A stretch of DNA of 64,000 nucleotides from contig OZ024742.1 in assembly GCA_964016885.1 (NCBI GenBank), positions 194,122,001 through 194,186,000 of the forward strand, given 5' to 3'. Below the pieces are notes generated by a model. The model ran no database searches and had not been told where the DNA came from. It saw only the letters and a list, made by a program, of their open reading frames with translations. The position numbers were made by a program, and so were the translations under genes. This DNA is from Eledone cirrhosa. Taxonomy: Eukaryota. Of this stretch, positions 13,549 to 27,072 are shown one piece after another (the stretch's first letter is position 1; every line of letters starts with the position of its first letter).

Positions 13549-13790
13549 AGTAACATTTTTTTCATCTGGAAAATCTGATTTTGTGGCCAGGCTAGGACAT
13601 TTTGGGTGGCATATGGGCAGTAACAATGACGATAAGCCGTCTGTGCTATCGTGAAATAAATACTTTTGTTATAACATTTTTTCTTCTGGAAAATCTGATT
13701 TTGCGGGCAGGCTGGCACTTTTTGGGTGGCATCTCGGCAGTAACAATGACTATAAGTCGTCTGTGCATTCGTGAAATAAATACCTTTGTT
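13549..13790 (+). repeat. 120-bp tandem duplication (2 copies)
   Basis: TTC.TCTGGAAAATCTGATTTTG...GGCAGTAACAATGAC.ATAAG.CGTCTGTGC..TCGTGAAATAAATAC at 13561 and 13681. Confidence 0.9.
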
Positions 13791-13864
13791 TATATTATGT
13801 TTTTGTGTATACAAAAATTTCTGTACACGAATATATATTTATATATATATATATATTCGTGTAC

Positions 13865-13958
<94 letters not shown>

Positions 13959-13961
13959 TAC

Positions 13962-14145
13962 AATAACAGATTAAAGTTTAAGCAAAGAATCGCTGCTTTC
14001 ACCTTTAACGGGATCTCTGAAACTAAAAAAAACGAACTGTGAAAAAAAACAGGAAGATGATTTGGGTCGTAAAAACGTTAGGAATGTCGTATAACTGGAA
14101 GTCTTGACATTTGAAAATTTTAAAGAAGTGAATATTTAAATAATG
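13962..14145 (+). repeat. Interspersed repeat; reverse-complement copy at about 50250-50447, partial copy at about 1963-2012
   Basis: AATAACAGATTAAAGTTTAAGCAAAGAATCGCTGCTTTCACC.TTAACGGGATCT is present inverted at about 50390-50447; GGAAGT.TTGACATTT...AAGAAGTGAAT.TTTAAATAA is shared with 1966-2012. Confidence 0.75.
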
Positions 14146-14447
14146 TCTTTAATCGTTTAACAACATTCAGTAGAGAAAAAACAGCCTCACTGACTTACAT
14201 GGAAAAATTTACATCTAAGGTGCAAATTTGGTGCCGTTTGATCCAGCCGCTTGGCGGAAAGTGTGTTACTTACTTACGGCCATCAGCTTTATAGTATTGA
14301 TATATATATATATATACATAGACACACACGCAATGTTAAATTCAGTAATGCAGACACACACACACTCACACGCGCGCGCGCATATGTATATATGTATATA
14401 TATATATAATAAAGAGGGATTAAAAGATGGTTAAAAGAGTTCCATAT

Positions 14448-14515
14448 ATTTTATTATGCGCATTTCGAATACAAAATCATTCTGGGACAAAAATTGTGTT
14501 CTCATCCGATAAAAT
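14448..14515 (-). ncRNA. Hammerhead-like motif (CGGATGA core variant) at the PLE 3' end
   Basis: Minus strand: ATTTTAT-CGGATGA-GAACACAA...TTGTATTC-GAAAT-GCGC-ATA-ATAAAAT; all three stems pair. Confidence 0.65.
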
Positions 14516-16110
14516 AAGGTAACATGATAAGAGGCATAATAGCACTTGTTTACATGAAAGTGCTATCACAGAAATATATGTGCTAAAACTATAGTAAGAA
14601 ATAGATAGGAAAATAGAAGAAAGGAAAGAAGAGGGGAAAAGGAAAAGGAAGAGGAGAAAAGAAAGGAAAAAAAAGAAGAAGAAGAAAAGAAAGATAGAGA
14701 GAGAGAAAGAGAGAGAGAGAGACTTTTGATCAGGAACGCTGTCAAAAGGAAAACAGCTGTAAATAAAGGTTAAGAAGTAAATATGTGCGAATAATATAGA
14801 CGGCATTCAAATGTTAAGGGCCTAAATATAGAAACTGGGTATATTATTTTATATTGGTTTTAAATACTAAACATTGGATTAATAAGTGTAAAAATGTATT
14901 AATAAAATAAAATAAAATAAAATAAATATAAAAAAAAAGATTTTTATATAATAAAAATAGTCTATGTCAAAATTAATAATTTCTAATAAAAATCTATATA
15001 TGTGGGGTATGCTATTTAATTTTTATTTGATATCAACAAGTAAATAAAGGAAATTGTTAGATATATTTATAAACGTAGAAAAAACATATGACGACATAAT
15101 TTGTTTTCAAAATCTACGAAGGTTTGAGCGAAAATCTGAGGCTATAGAAAAAAAGATCAAAGGCTTAAAATATGATGAGAAAACCGAATTAATACATTGT
15201 AGAATATAATGAAAGATGTGGAAAGATAACCGTGACGCATGGAAGGAATATGTTAAAGGACATCAGCTATATACTTTGTGAAAGATCTTGTAGGATTTAT
15301 GAATACAAAGCCCAAATAAATCGGTTCTTCGATTTATTATTGTGTTGAAATTCGAGATAATGGTAAATTTGTTCAACTAGACATAAATTACAAACACTAG
15401 ATATGGAAGCATTGGAGTATGGACATGCGTTGTAGATTTTAGCCAAGAAATTTTGTAATTTATGTTTTTGTCTTTTAAGGACCAAATGAGTTCTGAGATT
15501 GCGGTGCTGGTCTATTTAAGTGGAGATATAAATGTAGAAGGATGATTATAGAATCTTTCTTTAAAGGAGGTAGAAGTAGAGCCAATGTAGGTATAGGTGT
15601 TGGTACTAGTTACCACTTTACATTCGTATACTAGTTTTTTTATCGAGACAGAAATTACTAAGAAGACAATTAGTTTTAATAGGGGAGTTGCATTTACATT
15701 AAGATTATTTACATAGTTATTTGCAAGTGGCCCAGGATTAATTATATTAGGAACTGGAGTGGTGGAATTAACTAAACGAGGTGCTAAAGTTTCCAGATTT
15801 AGATTACTATTTGATGCATTCCTCAAAGTTACGTTGGCGTCGTATTTATACTTGTGTTATTTTGCCTAGAGTTTATATTGACGTCGGTCCTTATAGTGCT
15901 ATTATTATGACTCTCATGGTTGGATGCATATGAGTTATTATTTAATATTTTAGAATTGTGTCTTGAGTTAATTTTAGAAATTTTGGAAGTAGTGGAATAC
16001 GAAATGTTAATAGTATGCCTATTGAATATCTTGGTATATATATGTGATGGGGGGGGGGGATGTTATGCAAAGCTCTAAAAATAATTTCGGGATATTATTA
16101 ATAACAGAAA

Positions 16111-16294
16111 GGCGGTGGATTGGCAGTATCGGTAGAGGGTCAGACGCCATGCTTTCCAGCATAGTTACGTCCCTTTACGATCTGAGTTCAAATCCCGCCG
16201 AGGTTCACTTTGCCTTTCATTCTTACGGGGTCGATAAAATAAAGTACCAGTAATGCACTGGGTAATTGCTGGACTTGTGCCTAAAGTAGAAACA
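16111..16294 (+). mobile_element. Full-length tRNA-type SINE nested in the PLE, with TSD
   Basis: A/B boxes present; direct repeat ATTATTAATAACAGAAA at 16094-16110 and 16295-16311. Confidence 0.92.
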
Positions 16295-18043
16295 ATTATT
16301 AATAACAGAAAGAGAGAAGGGAGCGTTGTACCAAAGGATATGTTTATATCTAGGTCTCCTCTTTTGTTATCAGTATGATTATTACTAGCTGCATTACTAT
16401 AGTTATTATAAGCTATGCCTTTAGTATACCTATTTTGTCTAGATATCCAGCCCTGGATAAGGCATTACTATGATAGTTGTCATTAACTTCGAAGATATCT
16501 TTATTAGAGGATGAATTAAACATTCTTTTTTCTACACGTTTGACTATAGCAGTTGTAGCATTAATAGGGTCGTTAGATTTAAAGTTAACGTAATTTAAGT
16601 TCACATTATCCGTATGATATGGGTAATATAGGCCGGTATCTAGATTAAGGGATATATCAAGGAAATTTGCTAGTTTAACATTATTCCCGAATTCAATTTT
16701 TAAGTTAAGATGCTTAAATAGATCAAGTATATTTTTATTAATTATATTAAAGTTTACATTGTTACAATTTGAGAAAGTAAAAATAGCATCATCACAATAA
16801 ATCCCACCGCGAAGTTGGGGAATTTTCCGGTTTAAAGTATTCAAGATGAACATTCCAACTAAGTCGGCCAGTTGAGCTGAATCGGACGAACACATGGTGA
16901 TGTCAAAATTGTTGGAAGTATCCGCTCTTCATTGTTAAATTCCAAGATGGTTTTCCTAGCGGTGAGAATGATGTTTATTTCTTCCCTAGTGATGTCCGTA
17001 TATTTTAACGCATATGAGAGAGCCTTGTTTAGGAGTGAAGGAGAAATAGAAGAGTAATAGCTGGCGATGTCTAATTGAATAAATTTAAGTTTGTTTTTAT
17101 TGTTTAGGTCGTTGAACCAGTCTATTACGTCAGATGAAACCAAACATAAATTTAGTTGAGATTCACACCTAACCTGTGGGATAATTCTATCCAAGATGGA
17201 TTTACTAATCAACCCTTGTCTTACAGGCAAGTCCGTTCGAAAATTTGTTTATGATTCTTCAGACTAATCCTCGGAGTTCTTGGGAAGAAGAGTTCTGTTT
17301 TTTTTCTCAATTCCGAGGTGGGTTACTATCTCAAATGCTTCCTTATTGATAGAATCCAGATTATCGTGCGTAGTTTTACGATAGCTTTTTTCTTCATTCT
17401 TTAAGGATAAGGTTATTATATTTATCCTTACTTATGCCGTATAAATTATTAGTTTTGTCAGAAGGAACTAAAACGTTTTTAGAAGAATTAAGGTCATTAA
17501 TTTTATTCTTAAGGTTGATAAGGTGTCCCTGGCCTCGATAAGGGTTTCTTTTTAATTTAAGTTAAGTCCTCGTATAATTTTAGTTAATTCGTTTTCAAAA
17601 GGAAGGGTTTCTTCTGGCGTTAAATAATGAATCGAGGTTATTAGGTTCCTTTCTGTAAAAATTTCCTTTTAAGCGCTGGTCATAGAGATGAGTGATCCAT
17701 CTGAGCCTCCGCACGAAAGAGTCCGTTTTTCTATCAAAAGTTTTGTGTATTCAGTTTTTCCCGTTATAGGTATTTCCTTAATTGAAGTTGTGATGCTGTA
17801 GTAATCTATGTTTTAATAGAAGTAGAGACCATCAATAGTATCCTATATAAGAGTTAGCGCTCAAACAATCAAGGAGCAAGTTAATGTAGAAGGTGAGTAA
17901 TATTGTAGAACAATAAAACTATGCATATATCAGATAAGTAGCACTCACCAGTTGGTAGAACTGGAGTATATATAATACATATATATATATATATATAGTG
18001 TGTGAGTGTGTGTGTGCGTATGCGTGTGTGTGTATGCCTGTGC

Positions 18044-18088
<45 letters not shown>

Positions 18089-18257
18089 ACTGCGTTACCG
18101 AGAGTGGAGATGCCTCAAGACACAGGACTACTCAATGGTTGGTGAAAATATTCTTAACTCCCAGTAGACCCTTGGAAAGAGTTGTTAAATATAAAAACCG
18201 AAATCGCCTGATGTTGCGCTCAGATTCATACCCCTCCCTATACACACAAACATATAT

Positions 18258-18305
<48 letters not shown>

Positions 18306-18378
18306 AAAATGATTTTTTATCATCTACACATATATGGTGATCTGTATAGAACGTTTTCTAACGTCCACATTTTTTTAC

Positions 18379-18409
<31 letters not shown>

Positions 18410-18414
18410 ATGTA

Positions 18415-18526
<112 letters not shown>

Positions 18527-20460
18527 AATGACAAACACAGAGATAGAAAATCTGCATGAAAGAGAGAGAAGTTCAATGTATCGGATGTTAGTCGTTCGTC
18601 AAGAAAGTACAACTAGATATATTAAATCTTAGGAAAAATGTGTGTGTGTGCGTTTTTTATCATCGTATATGTATGGAGAATGTTCTATATATTGTTCGGA
18701 ATTGTGTCTATGTATTTCTGGCTCTATTAACATGAGTGAGGTTTGTGTCTGTACGAATCAAATATAAAACAAATTATTATTGTCTAATATGTATATGTTC
18801 ATTATGTATCCTTTCATTAAAAAAAAACGAAACGCAACATTAAAGTGGTCAGCTGAATTAGAAATAACCAAATAAAATCAATTAAATTTTTATAGTAACC
18901 TCACTATATAATGTCAAATACGCGTACATATGTGCTTGTGTGTGCGTGTGTGTGTATGTGTGTGTGTGTGTGTGGATATGTGTGTGTACGTACGTTTATA
19001 AGTATTTGTTTATTATTAAGTGTGTTAAAGTGTTTTGTTTTATGTATCTATGTCTGTGAGTGTATTTCGGTGCCGGTGGATGAGGGAGGGTACGGGAAGC
19101 GGTGGGAAGCGCAGATTGGAGATAAAGGGCGGTGTATTAAAGTCATAAGGAGTAGATTTATTCATAAAAAATAAGCTTCTATACCTCTGGAGGCGCGGGG
19201 CTGGGGCTCCGGTGCAGAAGCAAACACGAATACATTAAGCTGACAGGGCAATGTCCATACAACGAAGACGAACCGTGTGTTTATGTCTGTCTGCTTGCGT
19301 GCATATGTGCATATCACAACACTATTCATGCTAAAATACTTGATGTATCCTATACCTATCAATTATATTCTTCAACCCAGGAAAACAATGAATCCCTGCA
19401 CTATATCATGCTGAACTCTTACTCACTTCAGAATATCACTATGAATTTATATAAAAATGTATGCCTCATTCCCCGAGCAGAGACCGTTTAGACAAATAGG
19501 ATGCATTGAATGAAACTGATTAACGCCAAAATAGATATCTCCTAAAATAATTTATAGGATAGATAAGAATGAGAACATATGTGTTTTTGGAATATAATGC
19601 ATGCAAAGTAGATATATTTAGGTAAACATGAAGTGAAATTGTCAGTGCTACATTTGAAATAATTTCTATTTTAAACATTCTAAAACATTCTAAAACATTC
19701 TATTTTTATTAAACTTATTTACTGGCCTAGTTCTGTTTTTTAACCCATATTAACTTAATCATTCAAACCTATATTTTTCTCACATGAGGTATGCAGAAGG
19801 ATAGTTTTTTTTATGTCATTCTCAAGTTTTGTTCAAAAACGTACGCTTTGTTTTATGAAAACTTTAGCTGCTGCTTTTACCAAATCCCAGGCACCGAGAT
19901 AAGACAAAAACATTAAGCCGTATCTTGAAATAATACAAATAGTTTCATTTGGTGGTCTTCCTTCTACTTTCCTGTTTTAGTTTAAACATGATCTAGATCA
20001 AAGGTTCTCAACGGGGGACATATACACCCCTGGGGGTCGTTTCCGACTCCAGGGGTGGGTGGTTAGGGGGAGTGTGGCGTGCACTGGAAGGCTCTTTACT
20101 TTGGTAAGTTTAATAAGACATATTTAAATGTCTTTGAGACTGCCAATGTGAATGCATTTGAATGAGCATGCAAAGAGCATAACTATGGTCTGACCGCAAC
20201 TGTGAGCAGGTGTGCAGGCGTGTCTAGACATTAACCGACAATTGAGATCCTAACAGTGGAAAAACCCACAGTCAACTGGGTCAAGGACACTTTGAGCGCA
20301 GCCACTTAGAATCTTGTCTTTCCTTCACCGATGACAATGTATTTCATGTCTGAAATTATTGACTCAACCATAACGAGTTAACACTATGTAGATCTATGTT
20401 ATTCCCTATTGTATAAATAATATTACAAATAAAAAAAGAAGAAAAACACACTGAAGCGGT

Positions 20461-20893
20461 TAGCACACACATCTAGGACCACATACAACACATAATCAGA
20501 TAATACACACATCTAGAACCACATACAACACATAACCAGGTAATACACCCATCTAGGACCACATGCAACACATAAGGCGGTAGCACACACATCGAGGACC
20601 ACATACAACACACAGGCAGGTAATACATACATTTAAGACCACATACAACACATAAGCAGGTAATACAAACATCTAGGATCACATACATCACATAATCAGG
20701 TAATACAAACATCTAGGACCACATACAACGCATAATCAGTTAATACATACATCTAGGACCACATACAACACACAAGCAGGTAATACATACAGCTGGGACC
20801 ACATGCAATACATAAGCAGGTAATACATACATCTAGGACTGCCTACAACACACAGGCAGGTAATAAATACATCTAGGACCAAATACAACACAT
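20461..20893 (+). repeat. 40-bp minisatellite, about 11 copies, inside the hAT element
   Basis: Unit TAATACATACATCTAGGACCACATACAACACATAAGCAGG with exact 40-nt spacing. Confidence 0.95.
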
Positions 20894-20900
20894 TGTATTA

Positions 20901-21912
20901 TGTGCTACGGACGACGCAAGAGCAATGGTCGGCCAACATAAGGGTTTCGTCACTCTTCTGAAGAGAAACAATCTATCTGTATTTGTTGTTCATTGTGTCA
21001 TTCCTCGACAACATTTGGCTGCGAATAAACTCAGCAAACTGCTGAGCAAGTCCTTTCAGGTTGCCATTGATGTCATCAATTTTATCAAATGGCATTCCCT
21101 CAATGAACGAATTTTCCGGCAACTGTGCCATGATAATGACGAAAAATTCGTGAAGTTGTTCCTTCATAATGAAGTGAGGTGGCTTTCAAAGGGCAAGTGC
21201 CTTACTCACTTCTTTGAACTGTTCGACTCTATCATTGAGTTTCTGCGAGGACGCAACGCAGAACTGTACAAGAAAACCCTCGATGTGAGGCAAAACTGCG
21301 CCTACCTCACCGACATCGTCGACAAATGCATTAGCGTCATTTTGGCTTTGCAGGGGAGGAAGATCAGCTTGCTTAAAGCAAGGAATGCTGTGAAAACATT
21401 CCTTGCCAAATTGAATGTCATCGAAAGGAATCTTTGTTGGCGGGAATTCTATAATTTTACTAATGTCGCCAATGTTCAAAACATTGTAAGCGATGACCAA
21501 CTCCAAATGTATACCGCTCACCTCCGTGCGCTACAAGACAACATGAGAGAACGGTTTGCCGAGGGACATCCCAATGTGGGTAGCATATCCCTTCAGAGCT
21601 AACGTCGATAATTTGGACGTTATATTTCAGGAAGAATTCTCTGAACTTCAAGCAGATGACATGATCAAAATTAATTTCCCAAAATAGGTGAACCCCTTTT
21701 TTGGATGCAAGAGGAAATTTCCACACCTACATGCAGAGGCCAAGAGATTTGCTCTGCCTTTTCCAAGCTCATAGTTAGTCAAGAGGAGGTTTGGTGCTGT
21801 TTCCAACTGCTACAATGTAATTACACGTGGAGACCTCCGGCTACATCTTACGAAAATCCATCCTGACGTCAAAGAGTTAGCTAGACTCCATAAAGTTCAA
21901 AGGTCCCATTGA
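20901..21912 (+). pseudogene. hAT transposase pseudogene (C-terminal part; ZBED8/SCAND3-like family)
   Basis: CATDDARAMVGQHKGFV, HCVIPRQHLA, HNEVRWLSKGKCL, AYLTDI, LQG, then frameshifted LPFPSS*LV..FGAV and GDLRLHLTKIHPDV..SH*. Confidence 0.88.
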
Positions 21913-22975
21913 AATGAGGTCAAAGTTAAAGTAAGTTGATTTATCCGAAAACTTGGATATGCTATTGTTACAAAGCAAACTAACAATTTTTTTTATTTGT
22001 AGTTGCAGTCTGACTGGACTGGAAACCATCTACTACAATTCACTTACTAATTTGTTGTATTTATTTTACCATTTACTAATAAATATACCCTCCTGCATGG
22101 TCATGAAAACCCTCTTCCGTGATCTCTAAACTCACAAAGAAAAGAGGACATCAAGTTAGATATCAACATTTATTATGTCCGTTTCGTTAAAGGGAAAATT
22201 GGAAAGTTTGAAATGATATAATTGCCACTTTCTTCCAGATAAGAGCACTCTTGGGATAGACAGAGTTGCTCTTGTATAAATGTTCAAAATAGCTGGTATC
22301 GCCTGGTGGGAATATAACAAATTCAACTGGTCCTTATACATAAAAAAGAACATTTATGTTACTTTTTTTTAAAATTTATATATTTCCTTTCAAGGAATGT
22401 ATTTATACTCTCAGCTGCTGCAATGGTATCTTTGGAATATCGTTAATCAATTTTTTAATAATCTGCTATCAAAATCAGTAGTATATTGAAAAATGGAAAA
22501 ATATGGTAGGGAGGAGGGCGTTTCGTGATTTCGAAGAACAAAAGGGGGCGATTGACCTAAATGGGTTGAGAACCTGTGGTCTAGATCAATCTCACTCAGT
22601 TGTAAAAATGAACAACCTATTTGAAACAATAGCAGTCCACACAAAACATGTAAATACCAGTTGATAAAAAATCAATATTTATTTCCAGATACAATTGAAA
22701 TTATAGTAATCACTGAGATAGATATCTTGTTACTATCTCTTTTCGAAGTTAACAGCGTTTTTATAAATATTTTTTCCTTTTTCTTTCCACACTTTTTTAT
22801 GTATGGATATGTTTCCAATTTGTGTAAGAATCACACGCATAATAATACAGACACATACACACATACATGTATATATCCATGTGCATGTGTTTGTTTGTTG
22901 GGTGCATTTCTATGTTTTCATGCGTCTTTGCTTCACTGCATGAAGGATGGTATGTGTGCGATTTTATCGGTGTAT

Positions 22976-23041
<66 letters not shown>

Positions 23042-23385
23042 TATATAACGAAGGAAGTGAGGTAAGGAACCAGGTGTACCATAACGCACCAGAGTACTCG
23101 ATACTATGGGTAGTAGAGTGGGTCCTAAACTTTTTCCTAAATATATATATAGAAGTAGTAACAAAACAGTCAGTTCACAATACCGAGAACAATTGTTTGA
23201 CATTAGGCGGATCTTCAGCATAAGGTGAAACAATTGTTCTCGCTAGCTTGAGCTAACTGTTGTGTTACTAATTCTACCAAACTCGTCCCATGGTCTGAGT
23301 GCTCTACCAGACTGAGTGCTCTACCAGATATTACCTTCCAGTGATCTACTTATATATATATATATATCTTCACATTTATTATTAT

Positions 23386-23465
<80 letters not shown>

Positions 23466-23566
23466 ATCTCTGTGTGTGTGTAAAAGGTAAACAGAAATAA
23501 CAACACAATCGGTACAGTATATGGAAGGTATATATTAGGTTAACGCTTGATATAGCAGGAAGAGGG

Positions 23567-23602
23567 TCTTAACGTTTCGGATGCTAGTCCTTCATCAGAA
23601 GA
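23567..23602 (-). ncRNA. Minimal hammerhead ribozyme motif
   Basis: Minus strand: TCTT-CTGATGA-A-GGA-CTAGCA-TCC-GAAAC-GTT-AAGA; palindromic AACGTT stem III. Confidence 0.8.
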
Positions 23603-25390
23603 AAGAATGAGAAATAAAATAGATTGAGGAGACGGGCGGGTTGGAATTGGAAAAAATGTCTTTAAATAAAAATAACAGGTCCAGTCATGTTGACATCTCT
23701 TGTAAAACTGTTGGTGCTGGCGTTTTGTGTATGATTTGTTTTTTAGAAAATTGGATGATGGCTGGCGTCTACCTAAAATGGAAAAAAAAAACGTTTTGTA
23801 AAAAGAGCTATATTTGAGCCAGTGCATAAGCACGAGTGTTGTGTGTGTGTGTGTGGGTGTGCGTGTGAGTGTGTGTATGTGTATGTGTGTGTATGTGTGT
23901 GTGTGTATGGGTGGGTGGGTGTATGTGTGCCCCTACTGATACATAATGTCTGTTGCTAAACCTCTCTCTAGAACATTTGTAGCAATTCTGATCCATTAAC
24001 GGTGATTGAAATAAGAGAATCTCACATGTAAAACAAATATTAGTTAACAAAGGATAACACTACCAAATAGTACTATAAAAACTTCCAAGAATACATTTTG
24101 TCACATTTATACAAAAGAAACAGTATACAGAAATAATACACAAACCTACATTACGATACTACAAGAACCAAATATGCCCCGATTTAATATATAATTCAAA
24201 AGATCATAAACCACAACATGCATCGCTGTTAATGACCATCTCTTTAATACGAAACGCCAAAATGAAAACCTTCTTCATAAACACGGAACAACTATCATAT
24301 CACAGAAAATATCTCACGAACAATGTGGTAAATAAATGTCAATGCAGACATGAACATTGTTATCTTCATTACCCAAAATCATACACGTGCCAATCTATCT
24401 CCACGATTCGCTATGCAATTACATTATTATACAGCATATGGAAGAAAACTAAGCAGGTAAACATTAGTTGATAACACTCTGAATGCTATACGAAATTCCC
24501 TGCCTAACAAGGAGAGCAATTACAGAATCATTTATATTATCAAAATATACGCAAAACATTAACACAGAGAAACAACATATTTAAAATCGATTGAAAATAC
24601 ATTTTCATGTTTCAAAAGCAATTTTAAATGTATGAGCGTTCATAATTTTACTCACACATCCATGACCATTGTAAATATATGTATATACAGACCATGTTGA
24701 ATCTACCAGTCTGAGAGAGAGAAAGAGGAGGGGAGGGAGAGAGAGAGAAAGAGAGAGAGAGATAGTGGGCGTCATTATAAGAGGGCAGCATTAAAAAAAC
24801 TGTTCGAGGTTCTATCAAATATAAACAAAATCTCTCTGTAGAGAAAACGAAAATAGTCAACAGAATGGTTTGTTGCTTCATAGCTACCCATGTTTATCGG
24901 TTTTATTTATCATATTTATGCTTCTTATTCCTCACGTTGGCCTTCCCATTTTTATCCCTTTGTCTCCCTTGTTTTTGTTTCTTAGCTGTAAAGGGTACTA
25001 TATTCCCCCTCTTCTCTGTCATGGTTTACTAGTTCTATAGGGACGTTTAAATTGATTAAATAAATAATGTCTACATTTACAGATATATTTCTGTTTAGAT
25101 TCAAAGCGAATGTGAATCATATATATATTTATATATATATACAATGGCAATAGAAGTAAATAGTGTAACACATTCTACTGGGTAGTTTATTTAGTATTAG
25201 AAACACTACGCGCACACGTACATTCATATATTTACACAGACACACGCATATATATATATACCCAAAATTAAGATAAATTGAATTAAATTAAATTAAATCA
25301 AATTAAATTAAGGGTGTCATGCCAGATAGACATGCGCCATATCACCCGTAACATATGCTCCAAGATTCTAATGAGTAGATGCGAGCATTT

Positions 25391-25631
25391 TATATCAACT
25401 AGAAATTGATCGACATATAATTAAGCATATGAAACAATCACAGGGGATAATTTGTAAAATTAGATACCTTATAATTTGATTAATCAAATTATAAGGTATC
25501 TATTTTTGAAGTTCTAGTTTAACATTATTTAGTTACCTATCTAGCTATGTGTGCTTACACACTTTTACAAATTATCCCCTGTGATTATTTCATATGTTTA
25601 ATTATATGTCAATCAATTTCTAGTTGATATA
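25391..25631. repeat. Inverted-repeat (foldback) element with an internal perfect palindrome
   Basis: About 69-bp arms at 25391-25459 and 25563-25631; 42-bp perfect palindrome TAGATACCTTATAATTTGATTAATCAAATTATAAGGTATCTA at 25461-25502. Confidence 0.88.
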
Positions 25632-25636
25632 TATTA

Positions 25637-25677
<41 letters not shown>

Positions 25678-25706
25678 CGTGTGTGTGTGTATGTGTGCGT
25701 GTGTGC

Positions 25707-25740
<34 letters not shown>

Positions 25741-25983
25741 TGGTAGCTATGGTGCTTCCGTAGGTGGTATGCCAAAATTAGCACTCAATATTCATCAGAG
25801 TAGAATGTATATAATATCAAGAAAATTTGCTCCGGACATGACAGACGTGTCTGAAAGAACCCGCAGAAGTAGAATCAGCCAGATCCATACAAGGCCCATG
25901 ACTCGAGCTACATGCCAGCGAAACATTTGTAACACGAAATAAATTAAGTCCAGATGCATCACTGATTTTTCGTTTTCTTGCTA

Positions 25984-26039
<56 letters not shown>

Positions 26040-26309
26040 TATTTTCCGTTGTGTTGTAATATAAATATTACACACAGTAGATTTATTACATAATCACACA
26101 CAAGAAGAAACTGCTGAATAACAGAATTGAACGAACATTATTCTGCCGTCACAGAACTAAAACCCTTTTTTCCCACTACAAGCCGAATATTACATAAAAG
26201 AGGGACATCCCCCAACTATATAAACCTTAATCTAGTTAGAAAAATATAAAAACAATCTCTTCTCAACATATATTAATAACCTTAAATTACCACACTAATA
26301 ATGGAAAGA

Positions 26310-26367
26310 TATGCTGATGAGAATAGGTGCAAATATGCGATAATGAATGTGTCTAAAAACGTCCATA
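26310..26367 (+). ncRNA. Degenerate hammerhead-like motif
   Basis: TATG-CTGATGA-G...AAAAC-GTC-CATA; stem I pairs, but G12 is replaced by A and stem II is weak. Confidence 0.4.
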
Positions 26368-26466
26368 AGTATGTATATATATGTGAAAATGTATATAAAT
26401 AAGTAAATATATATATATGTTTGATGTGTATAGTTAGATGTAAGTGTATTCATGTATTAAAGTGCT

Positions 26467-26515
<49 letters not shown>

Positions 26516-27072
26516 ATATGTGTATATAGATGTGTATGTATGTGTATGTGTGTACACATGGACTAGAGTATGTATGTATATATGTGTGTGTCTATACGTG
26601 TGTATATAAAGATAAGTTGAGTATGAAAATGTATACACATGAGCGCGTATGTATGTACATGAATACATGTGTGTATATATATGTGTATGCATGTGTATAT
26701 ATATGTAAGTATGAATATGTGAATTGTGAGTATATGTATTTTGTAGAGGTGTGCAAATATATGTGTGTGAATGCGTGGGTGAAAGGATACTTACACTTGA
26801 AAGAAAAAAAATTTAAGTCTGAATGTTAATTAAGTGCAAACACAAAACCAACCACGCATATCTTTACTATCTCTAATCCTTCTATAGATTTAGAAAAATA
26901 ACCAATAATATATTCTATAAAAAATGTCAAAACAACAGATGGGAATCTAATTACTCACTGCCACCAAGAATTCTCACTGCTATCGAAAAACCACTCCTTC
27001 AACTATTCCTCTAACAACTTCACCCCTCCCTCCTAATATTCTCTATAAAAACTAAATAGGTCCTCAGTAATA

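Larger units (their letters stand above)
11717..13955. repeat. Microsatellite-rich block: (TA)n about 11717-11810, 12235-12385, 13868-13955; (TG)n about 12930-13136
   Basis: Seen directly. Similar tracts occur throughout, e.g. 17980-18520, 22990-23480, 25637-25738, 26400-26770, 31055-31152, 33660-33742, 36378-36580, 50047-50169, 53047-53138, 54021-54630. Confidence 0.95.
14410..17970 (-). mobile_element. Penelope-like retroelement (RT + GIY-YIG), probably Hydra clade; decayed
   Basis: TSIKEIPI near 17780; FIQLDIASYYSSIS..ALSYA (16859-17230); SSDSAQLADLVG..GGIYCDD..NFLDISLNL (16413-16895); VYECKV..YIGSTSTSFKERFYNH (15512-15826); CNLCLVE (15297-15485); hammerhead-like motif at the 3' end. Ends approximate. 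Confidence 0.88.
19999..22578 (+). mobile_element. hAT DNA transposon (Buster/Charlie-type), internally rearranged
   Basis: TIRs CAAAGGTTCTCAAC (19999-20012) and GTTGAGAACCTGTG (22565-22578); 8-bp TA-centred TSD ATCTAGAT/GTCTAGAT; transposase remnant inside. Confidence 0.88.

Noticed and set aside
16111-16200. tRNA gene
   Set aside because: A/B boxes belong to a SINE head; there is no full cloverleaf, and a SINE body and TSD follow.
19427-19541. Minus-strand exon bounded by TTTTAG and GTGAGT
   Set aside because: All three frames contain stops and there is no supporting neighbouring exon.
20461-20893. Regularly spaced 40-bp repeats as a CRISPR array
   Set aside because: Units are contiguous with no unique spacers, there are no cas genes, and the context is eukaryotic.
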